Positions 29,557 to 37,083 of a stretch of 41,459 nucleotides of DNA are shown here, one piece after another. This DNA comes from Eggerthellaceae bacterium (lineage in GTDB: Bacteria; Bacteroidota; Bacteroidia; Bacteroidales; UBA932). The first letter of the stretch is position 1. Every line of letters begins with the position of its first letter. The notes beneath the pieces were generated by a model. It saw only the letters and a program-made list of their open reading frames with translations. It made no database searches and was not told where the DNA came from. The DNA lies in the NCBI GenBank assembly GCA_963604245.1, contig CAVCPY010000274.1, positions 1-41,459 on the forward strand, in the 5' to 3' direction. The position numbers and the translations under genes are program-made.

Positions 29557-31083
29557 TTATTGCTCTTTGACGCAGCGCGTCGGGAATGCATAGTTGAGGT
29601 TGTATTTGGCCAGATTCAGCGCATTGACCTTGATCGCGGAGATGTCGTCATAGTTTCCGTTGCCGGAGGTGTTCACTTTGAAAGCGCATCCTCTGAAATA
29701 GGAGGCGTTAAGCTTGGCGGCGAAGTCCGGATCCACATCAGAGCACCAAACGACGGCTGTAGGGAGAGGCTTCCCGATGCAGTTGGCAAACGAGAATTCC
29801 GTCGAGTTGGAGTTGAGTTCCCCGGTGACGGTGAGCCTCAGACCGTCATAGACGCAGCCCCTGAACTGGACTTTCTTCTTGTTGCCCGGAATGTACTTGT
29901 CATTTGTGCCGATTGCGGACGCATCGAAGGTCTCGTAGGCGGAGTCCCAAAGTTCCTTGACATCCGTGGCGGCCTTGACGGCGGTCCAGGCCTCGGTGCT
30001 TGCGACTTTGTACCCGGCCGGGCAAGGGTCGTACTTGCTCTTCTTGCCGTCATTCTCCCAGAGAGCCTTGAAGTTGTCAGACCCGAAGGTTGTGGCGTCC
30101 GTGGTGATCCAGCTGTACCCGTGCTTGCAGCCGCTGTAATACTTATTGTTGTAGTAGATAGTCGGGTTCTTTATCGCATTCTCAAGATTGTTGGCTTCGG
30201 TGTTGTTGACGACGGTGATTTCCACCTCGGCTCCGGATGCGTCATAGACAGGTCTTGTCGAATATTCCCCGAACCTGATTCCGGGGAACGGGTCCTTGCG
30301 CCCGTACTGATAGACGACACCGACGGAGAGTTCGCTCTTCTCGTCGAGGTTCAGCGCACCGATGTTGCGGTCCTGGAATGTGAAGCCTCCGACCGTGACA
30401 TCCTTCGGAGCGTCGGAAGTGACCCAGAAAAGCCAGCTCCAAACCACGTTTCCGGAAGCGTCAACTCCGTTGACGACCGCATTGCCTTCCTTGCCCGCGG
30501 AGAAGTGGACGATGGCGTCGGAGTCATTGACCTGTGCGATTCCGGAGAACAGACCTTGTGTGTCCTGCCAAGCGAGGGTCAGGGACACGGCTCCTGATTT
30601 CTCCCCGCTGTTGCCCTTGAATGTAGGGAACTGCGCATAGGCTCCCGGAGCCACGATGAAGCAGTTGGCGGCGTCGGTCAGCTTCACGAATCCTTCAAGG
30701 ATTGTCGGCGTCACGTTGATGGTGGCCGAGGAAATCCTGCTGTTGGCCTCGTCGCTGAATGTGGCGTTGACGTTGAACGGCGTCCCGTCCAGAATCATTT
30801 GGGGAGCTGCGATGGTGATGGCTCCTTCGTCGTCCCCTGGATTGAGAGTGTAGCTGATCTTGTAGTCCTCCACGGCATTGTCGTCGATTTTGACCGTAAT
30901 GACATTGCCGCGGACATCATTCAGCGTGAAAGCTATAGTGACAGTCTCACCTGAACTGATGGTGACTGACTTGCCGTCGCTGATGGTTGGAAATTGAGGA
31001 TCAAGTTCCTCGTAGGACTTTTCGCACGATGCGAAAAAGACGGCAACCGCGGCTGCCGCAATGCTTTTGAGAATCTGTTTCAT
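29557..31083 (-). CDS. Lipoprotein, paralog of the neighbouring fimbrial-tip-like protein
   Basis: Start MKQILKS (ATG 31083), lipobox FASC. Motifs ANCFIV, EGNAVVN, WSWLFWVT, QDRNIGA, YQYGRKDPF, KSKYDPCPAGY, terminal TRCVKEQ. Confidence 0.75.
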   Translation of the reverse strand: MKQILKSIAAAAVAVFFASCEKSYEELDPQFPTISDGKSVTISSGETVTIAFTLNDVRGNVITVKIDDNAVEDYKISYTLNPGDDEGAITIAAPQMILDGTPFNVNATFSDEANSRISSATINVTPTILEGFVKLTDAANCFIVAPGAYAQFPTFKGNSGEKSGAVSLTLAWQDTQGLFSGIAQVNDSDAIVHFSAGKEGNAVVNGVDASGNVVWSWLFWVTSDAPKDVTVGGFTFQDRNIGALNLDEKSELSVGVVYQYGRKDPFPGIRFGEYSTRPVYDASGAEVEITVVNNTEANNLENAIKNPTIYYNNKYYSGCKHGYSWITTDATTFGSDNFKALWENDGKKSKYDPCPAGYKVASTEAWTAVKAATDVKELWDSAYETFDASAIGTNDKYIPGNKKKVQFRGCVYDGLRLTVTGELNSNSTEFSFANCIGKPLPTAVVWCSDVDPDFAAKLNASYFRGCAFKVNTSGNGNYDDISAIKVNALNLAKYNLNYAFPTRCVKEQ

Positions 31084-31209
31084 TCGTTTTGCGTTTATAT
31101 ACGTCCGCAAGAAAGCAAATCATTTCCACAAATCCAAGCACTTTCGTTCAAATCTCGGCCTCAAACGTTTTGAGTGGCGCGGCCCAGGCCGGGATTCCCG
31201 ATAATTGCT

Positions 31210-31217
31210 TATCTTTG
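31210..31217 (+). promoter_or_regulatory. -7 promoter box for yicC
   Basis: TATCTTTG, 61 nt upstream of the ATG. No clear -33 box. Confidence 0.55.
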
Positions 31218-31278
31218 CAGCGGAAACGGGATTCCCACACATTATGAATCCCGGTCCGGGTGGTTTTAATTCACGAAT

Positions 31279-32166
31279 ATGATCAAATCAATGACCGGTT
31301 ACGGCAAGGCTGAGGCCGTCCTGGAGACAGGGAAACTCACCATCGAAATCAAGACACTGAACGGCAAGAGTTCCGATGCGAACATCAAGTCGTCCCTTCT
31401 TCCTAAGGACAAGGAACTGCTTGTGCGCCGGAAGCTTGCAGACTCTCTGGTCCGCGGCACGATTGACTTCTATATGACGTGGGAACCCAAGGCCGGCGGA
31501 CAGGCGAAGCAGATCAACAAGGAACTTCTCCGGGAATATTACGACCAGCTGATGGAATTCGGCTCGTCCCTGCCCGTCTTTGATTCCCTGACCTTCAATC
31601 CGAACACTATGCTGGCGTCCATCCTGCGTTTCCCGGACGTGCTGGACAGCTCCCGTCAGGAGGTCATCGGCGAGGAGAACTGGCCGGTGGTGGAGAAGGC
31701 CATAGACGAGGCTCTCGCCGCTGTCAACGACTACCGTGCGAAGGAGGGCGAGGCTCTCTACAGGGATGTCACCTCAAGGGTCGGGACTATCCTTGACCTT
31801 GAGAATCAGGTCGAGGGCTTTGAGAGCGAGAGGCTTGCCGCCGTGAGGGAGAAGCTGATGAAGAATCTGGAGACCCTCCGGCAGAAGGTCGATCCGTCAC
31901 GCTTCGAGCAGGAAATGATCTTCTACCTTGAGAAGCTGGACATCAACGAGGAGAAAGTCCGTCTCCGCCAGCACTGCAAGTATTTTATGGACACGATCGA
32001 CGGTGAGGATTATCCGGGACGCAAGCTGGGATTCATCATTCAGGAGATGGGCCGGGAAATCAACACGACCGGCTCCAAGGCCAACCATTCCGGCATCCAG
32101 AAGGTTGTGGTCAGGATGAAGGACGAACTGGAGAAAATCAGGGAGCAGTCTATGAATATCCTGTGA
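31279..32166 (+). CDS. yicC: YicC/YloC family endoribonuclease
   Basis: MIKSMTGYGKA, EIKTLNGK, EKLDINEEKVRL, GRKLGFIIQEMGREINTTGSKAN, MKDELEKIREQ. Confidence 0.95.
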   Translation: MIKSMTGYGKAEAVLETGKLTIEIKTLNGKSSDANIKSSLLPKDKELLVRRKLADSLVRGTIDFYMTWEPKAGGQAKQINKELLREYYDQLMEFGSSLPVFDSLTFNPNTMLASILRFPDVLDSSRQEVIGEENWPVVEKAIDEALAAVNDYRAKEGEALYRDVTSRVGTILDLENQVEGFESERLAAVREKLMKNLETLRQKVDPSRFEQEMIFYLEKLDINEEKVRLRQHCKYFMDTIDGEDYPGRKLGFIIQEMGREINTTGSKANHSGIQKVVVRMKDELEKIREQSMNIL

Positions 32167-32271
32167 TCACGGAATGTTCATAGACTGAATATCCATCCCC
32201 GCCAGTCATTTCGTGACAGCCCTCAGGGACACGGGGAAGGACCTGACTTTTCAATCATCAGGAGATGACCG

Positions 32272-33687
32272 TCATTTGACGGTGATGGAGTTGAGAAGGT
32301 CGAGGCGGCCGGTGTCAACAAGGTGGAGAATCAGTTCGCCGAAGAGGGTGTTCTGCCAGGCGAACCAGGCGCGGGTGAACTTGTTTGCGTCATCCTTGTG
32401 GAAAGACTCGTGCATAAAGCCGGTGCCGGCGTCGGTCTTCATCAGGGTCTCGACGCACCATTTGATCTCCTTGTCGTCTTGGGACGTGAGGGCCTTCATC
32501 ATTATGCTCATCGGCCAGATGTAGTCGTAGCCGATGTGCGGACCTCCGATTCCCTCGCCGGCCTTGCCTTTGAAGAAATACGGATTGTCCTCGCTCCAGA
32601 CGAACCTGCGGGTGTTCTGGTAGATCGGATTGTTAATGTCAATATCTCCGAGGTAGGCCATCGCCAGAAGGCTCGGCACGTTGGCGTCGTCCATCATCAG
32701 CTGGTTGCCGAAACCATCCACCTCAAAGGCGAAGATTTTGCCGTACTTCGGGTGGTTCACGACGGCATATTCATAAAGAGCTTTCTCCACTTCGGCGGCG
32801 AGGTCGAGGCATTCCTTCGCGAGCTTCTTGTTGTGGCTGACCTCGGAAAGGATTTCGGCCGCCTTGCGCAAAGAGGTGACAGCGAAGAAGTTGGACGGAA
32901 CCAGAAACTCGAACATAGTCGCATCGTCCGACGGACGGAAAGCCGAGGCGATGAGGCCTACCGGCTTGACCGGATTGCCGCGTCCGTCGTTGGACTTGGT
33001 GTCGAACTGGCGGTCGGTCTTTCTGGCGAACCTGTAAGGTCCCGGGCCGTCCTTGCGCTGCTGCTCCTTGAAGGTTTTGAGGGTAGCCCGGATGGAATTC
33101 AGCCAAGTCTCTCCGAAGACGGAATCGTCACCGGTCTCCTTCCAGTACCGGTAGGCGAGACGTATAGGATAGCAGTGAGAGTCAATCTCCCACTTGCGCT
33201 CGTGGTCGTAAGGGTTCATATCGGTCAGGTCGGACTCCCATTCGCTGCCCGTAGGCCCTTCGTTGAAAGCGTTGGCGTACGGGTCAAGGCAGATCAGCGA
33301 GAACTGGCAGTTGATCACCCCTGCGAGCATATTCCTAAGATGCTCATCCTCCTTGGCCAGACTGACGTATGGCCAGACCTGAGCTCCGGAGTCTCGGAGC
33401 CACATCGCGTGGATGTCGCCGGTATAGACGAATGTCCTGAAGTTGCCGTCCTCGTCCTTGCCGAAGTGGACGGTGGTGTCAAGGGTGTTAGGGTAGCAGT
33501 TGGCGAACATCCAGGCGAGGCGAGGATTCTTCATAAGTCCCTGCATCCGGACGATTTCGTTCTCCACAGCTTCGGAACGGAAAAGACGCTTTTCCGGAGC
33601 GGGACGCTGCGATTCGTAGTTCTGGGCCTGCATCAGGATGCAGCCGAGCAGGAACAGGGCCGTAGCCAAAAGAAATGTGCGTTTCAT
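32272..33687 (-). CDS. GH125 exo-alpha-1,6-mannosidase
   Basis: CYPNTLDTTV, YTGDIHAMWLRDS, DPYANAF, ERKWEIDS, SAFRPSDD, MDDANVPSLL, GIGGPH, MHESF, FTRAWFAWQNTLFGE. ATGA overlap with the GH92 stop. Confidence 0.95.
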   Translation of the reverse strand: MKRTFLLATALFLLGCILMQAQNYESQRPAPEKRLFRSEAVENEIVRMQGLMKNPRLAWMFANCYPNTLDTTVHFGKDEDGNFRTFVYTGDIHAMWLRDSGAQVWPYVSLAKEDEHLRNMLAGVINCQFSLICLDPYANAFNEGPTGSEWESDLTDMNPYDHERKWEIDSHCYPIRLAYRYWKETGDDSVFGETWLNSIRATLKTFKEQQRKDGPGPYRFARKTDRQFDTKSNDGRGNPVKPVGLIASAFRPSDDATMFEFLVPSNFFAVTSLRKAAEILSEVSHNKKLAKECLDLAAEVEKALYEYAVVNHPKYGKIFAFEVDGFGNQLMMDDANVPSLLAMAYLGDIDINNPIYQNTRRFVWSEDNPYFFKGKAGEGIGGPHIGYDYIWPMSIMMKALTSQDDKEIKWCVETLMKTDAGTGFMHESFHKDDANKFTRAWFAWQNTLFGELILHLVDTGRLDLLNSITVK

Positions 33688-35936
33688 TGTGTTATCTTTT
33701 CGTTAGTGTATGAATATGGTCTGTCATCCTTCGCGGTTCCTCTCGCCGTGTCTGGCTCGGATGTCACAAGGTATTTGATTTTCGCGCCTCCGGCAAGGTC
33801 TTCGTGGCGGAAATAGTTCCGGCTCCAAGCCTTACCGTTGATTATTATGCCCTTGATGTAGAAGTTATCCTTCGAATTATCAGGAGCCTCCATAGTGATG
33901 GCCTTTCCGTCCGGGCGGCTGATCACAGCCTTCTTGAACAAAGGAGTTCCGATGGCATATTCATTGGATCCAGGGCAGACAGGATAGAATCCGAGGGCGG
34001 AGAAGACGTACCAGGCAGAGGTCTGTCCGTTGTCCTCGTCACCGCAGTAGCCGTCGAAGCCGGGAGTGTAGAACCTGTCCATCACCTCGCGGATCCGCTG
34101 CTGCGCCTTCCAAGGCTGGCCGCACCAGTCGTAGAGGTAGAGCATATGCTGGATGGGCTGGTTGCCGTGGGCGTAGTTTCCCATATTCATCACCTGCATC
34201 TCCCGGATTTCGTGGATAGGGAAGCCGTAGTAGCTGTCATCGAATGCGGGCGGGATTATGAATATGCTGTCGAGCATCCCGGCGAACGCTTCGTCTCCTC
34301 CCATCAGGTCGATCAGCCCCTGTGGGTCGTGGAACACCGACCAGGTGTAGTGCAGGCTGTTGCCTTCCGTGAAGTTTCCGCCCCATTTCAGAGGGCTGAA
34401 CGGTCTCTCGAAAGAGCCGTCGAGGTTCTTTCCGGCCATCAGCTTATGCTCCGGATAGTAGAGATTCCTGTAATTGAAAGCGGCCTTCGCATAAGGCGCG
34501 AGCTCTTCCTCTCCGCGGCCAAGAGCCTTGCCGAACCGGTAGATGCACCAATCGTCGTAAGAATATTCAAGTGTCCGTGCCGCGTTCTCGTTGATGCCGA
34601 CATCGCAAGGGACATAGCCGAGGCTGTCGTAGAGCTCCCAGCCGAGGCGGCCTGTGGAACTTACTTCAGGATGGACGGCGTGCGCTCCGTGCGTCACGGC
34701 CTTCCAGAGTTCCTCGGCGTCGTAGCCCCGGAGTCCTTTGAGCCAGGCGTCCGCCACGACCGAGGCCGAGTTGTTCCCGACCATACATCCCCTGTGTCCC
34801 GGACTGGACCACTCCGGCAGGAATCCGCTTTCAAGCCAAGTGTTCACCAGACCTTCCTGCATCTTCACGTTCTCGTCCGGATAGACAAGGTTCAGCAGCG
34901 GGAAAAGGCATCTGAACGTGTCCCAGAAACCGGTGTCGGCGAACAGATAGCCCTGGTGGACGGCTCCGTCGTAGGGGCTGTAATGAACCCTTTCGCCGTC
35001 GGCGTTGATCTCTGACAGGTCACGAGGGAACAGTACCGAACGGTAAAGACAGGAATAGAATGTGCGCAGGTTGTCAAGGTTGTCGTCCTCCACGGCGATG
35101 CGCCCCAGCACTTCGTTCCATCTTGCCCGACCGGCTTGAGCGGTTTCGTCGAATGTTCTGTCTCCTAACTCATTGAGATTTAACTCGGCCTGAGCCTGAT
35201 TGATGAATGATGACGCTACTTTCAGGTTGACTTTCTGTCCTTTGGTGGTCTTGAATCCGACCATCGCGATGTGTCCGTCAACGGTCTGTGTCTCGAACGG
35301 AGTGTCGGACACCACCACGAACCAGTTCCGGAAGTTCCCGGTCACGCCGCCGTGGTTGGCGGTCGAATACCCCACGATCATATTCCTGTCCCTCAGGACT
35401 TCCGCCCGGCCTCCGCTGTAGGCGTCCACCACGAGGTAGGACATCTCCTTCGCGGGGTAGGTGAGCCTGAACGCCGCCGCCCTTTCGGTAGGGGTGAGTT
35501 CGGCCACCACATCGTGGTCGGCCAGATAGACCCGGTAATAGTAAGGCTTCGCCGTCTCGGCCTTGTGCGAAAACCAGCTTTGCCGCCCTTCCTCGTCATA
35601 GACTGGCCCCGAGGTCACCGGCATAATCGAAAACGAGCCGTAGTCGTTGATCCACGGACTTGGCTGGTGGGTCTGCTTGAAACCTCTGATTTTAGTGGCT
35701 GAATAGGTGTACGTCCAGCCGTCTCCGTTGCGTCCTGTCTGCGGGGTCCAGAAGTTCATCCCCCAAGGCAGGGCAATCGCAGGATAGGTGTTGCCTGTCG
35801 AAAGCTCGAAGGAGGATGCCGTCCCCATCAGCGGGTTCACGTAGTCCGCGGGATCGTTCATCCGCGTTTCCTCCGGAGCCCCGCACGCCGCAGCCACCAG
35901 TGCCGCGGCAGAAAGTATTGATAGTAGTTTCTTCAT
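33684..35936 (-). CDS. GH92 alpha-mannosidase (alpha-1,2 type) lipoprotein
   Basis: YVNPLMGT, STGNTYP, THQPSPWINDYG, GFWDTFR, RTLEYSYDD, FTEGNS, YAHGNQPIQH, YCGDEDNGQTSAWYVFSALGFYP. Start MKKLLS at 35936, lipobox AAAC. Confidence 0.95.
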   Translation of the reverse strand: MKKLLSILSAAALVAAACGAPEETRMNDPADYVNPLMGTASSFELSTGNTYPAIALPWGMNFWTPQTGRNGDGWTYTYSATKIRGFKQTHQPSPWINDYGSFSIMPVTSGPVYDEEGRQSWFSHKAETAKPYYYRVYLADHDVVAELTPTERAAAFRLTYPAKEMSYLVVDAYSGGRAEVLRDRNMIVGYSTANHGGVTGNFRNWFVVVSDTPFETQTVDGHIAMVGFKTTKGQKVNLKVASSFINQAQAELNLNELGDRTFDETAQAGRARWNEVLGRIAVEDDNLDNLRTFYSCLYRSVLFPRDLSEINADGERVHYSPYDGAVHQGYLFADTGFWDTFRCLFPLLNLVYPDENVKMQEGLVNTWLESGFLPEWSSPGHRGCMVGNNSASVVADAWLKGLRGYDAEELWKAVTHGAHAVHPEVSSTGRLGWELYDSLGYVPCDVGINENAARTLEYSYDDWCIYRFGKALGRGEEELAPYAKAAFNYRNLYYPEHKLMAGKNLDGSFERPFSPLKWGGNFTEGNSLHYTWSVFHDPQGLIDLMGGDEAFAGMLDSIFIIPPAFDDSYYGFPIHEIREMQVMNMGNYAHGNQPIQHMLYLYDWCGQPWKAQQRIREVMDRFYTPGFDGYCGDEDNGQTSAWYVFSALGFYPVCPGSNEYAIGTPLFKKAVISRPDGKAITMEAPDNSKDNFYIKGIIINGKAWSRNYFRHEDLAGGAKIKYLVTSEPDTARGTAKDDRPYSYTNEKITQ

Positions 35937-35993
35937 CTGTGAATATTTCAACTCTCTTGTACCAAGCCACTCGGCCAAGCCGGGCGTCGTTTT

Positions 35994-36030
35994 CAAAGAT
36001 AGTGAAAATCCCGGAAAAAGAGTATCTTTG
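35994..36030. promoter_or_regulatory. Back-to-back divergent -7 promoter boxes for GH92-GH125 and the DMT gene
   Basis: CAAAGATA (35994-36001, TATCTTTG on the - strand) and TATCTTTG (36023-36030, + strand), 21 nt apart. Confidence 0.65.
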
Positions 36031-36054
36031 CGCCCGGTTAGTTTATCAAGTGTT

Positions 36055-36966
36055 ATGTGGTTATCGTTAGCGTTCCTGTCGGCGGTCCTTCTTGGATTTT
36101 ACGACTCCTTCAAAAAGGAATCCCTCGGCGGCAACGCCGTCATCCCCGTGCTGTTCCTGAACACGTTGTTCTGCTCGCTGATTTTCATCCCGTTCATTCT
36201 GCTGTCCTACAACACGTCAGCCCTTGACGGAAGCATCCTTGAGGTCGGTGAGTATGGCGGTTGGGAGGTGCAGAAATGGATTCTGCTCAAGAGCGTCATT
36301 GTCCTGAGCTCCTGGACGCTTGGCTATTACGGAATGAAGCACCTTCCGCTGACCATCGTAGGGCCGATCAACGCCACCCGCCCGGTTCTCGTTCTGGTCG
36401 GTGCGATGCTGGTCTTCGGCGAAAAACTGAACTGTCTCCAGTGGACCGGTGTGCTGCTGGCTGTGGTGTCCTTTTTCTTGCTGAGCCGAAGCGGAAAGAA
36501 GGAAGGGATTGACTTCGAGCATAATGTCTGGATCTATGCGGTTGTCGGGGCGGCTATCCTCGGAGCCATCAGCGGACTCTACGACAAATTCCTTATGGAT
36601 CCGAACGGTCTGGCGATGGACAAAATGTCCGTCCAGAGTTGGTACAACATCTACCAATGCGGGTTGATGGGTGCTATGATGCTTCTGGTGTGGTACCCGA
36701 ACCGGAAGAAGACCACCCCCTTTCAGTGGCGTTGGCCGATCATATTCATCTCCATATTCCTGAGTGTCGCCGACTTTGTCTATCTCTATGCCCTGACGCT
36801 TCCTGGCGCGATGATTTCCATCGTCTCGATGATCCGCCGCGGCAGCGTCATAGTAAGTTTCCTTTTCGCCGCCCTTGTCTTCAGGGAGAAGAACCTCCGC
36901 AGCAAAGCCATCGACCTTGCCCTTGTCCTCCTCGGAATGGTATTCCTCTACCTCGGCTCCAGATAG
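36055..36966 (+). CDS. DMT/EamA family transporter
   Basis: MWLSLAFLSAVLLGFYD, about 10 hydrophobic segments in two repeats (LVFGEKL, LVFREKN), HLPLTIVGPINATRP. ATG 36055 lies downstream of the promoter box. Confidence 0.9.
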   Translation: MWLSLAFLSAVLLGFYDSFKKESLGGNAVIPVLFLNTLFCSLIFIPFILLSYNTSALDGSILEVGEYGGWEVQKWILLKSVIVLSSWTLGYYGMKHLPLTIVGPINATRPVLVLVGAMLVFGEKLNCLQWTGVLLAVVSFFLLSRSGKKEGIDFEHNVWIYAVVGAAILGAISGLYDKFLMDPNGLAMDKMSVQSWYNIYQCGLMGAMMLLVWYPNRKKTTPFQWRWPIIFISIFLSVADFVYLYALTLPGAMISIVSMIRRGSVIVSFLFAALVFREKNLRSKAIDLALVLLGMVFLYLGSR

Positions 36967-36993
36967 TTCGCATCGGTCGCCAGGTTGATGCCG

Positions 36994-37011
36994 TTATTTT
37001 TAAACAGCTTC
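36994..37011. repeat. Solo copy of the MITE right end
   Basis: ttatttttaaacagcttc is identical (18/18) to 11289-11306 and is followed by TTA. Confidence 0.6.
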
Positions 37012-37026
37012 TTAAGTGCCATAACC

Positions 37027-37056
37027 AAAAAAATCCGCCCCGGCAAGGGACGGATT
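37027..37056 (-). terminator. Rho-independent terminator of ppdK (possibly bidirectional)
   Basis: On the - strand: aatccgtccc-ttgcc-ggggcggatt followed by a T run. The one mismatch is a G-U pair on this strand. Confidence 0.75.
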
Positions 37057-37083
37057 CTTTATGAGAATATGTCAGCGGACCCA

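Noticed and set aside
31159..31256. Short palindromes (ctcaaa-cgt-tttgag, two gggattccc copies) as an invertible promoter or operator
   Set aside because: The repeats are too short, no recombinase is nearby, and no clean inverted pair brackets a promoter.
27436..31278. Complete diversity-generating retroelement
   Set aside because: No reverse transcriptase, accessory gene or TR/VR near-duplicate was found in the window.
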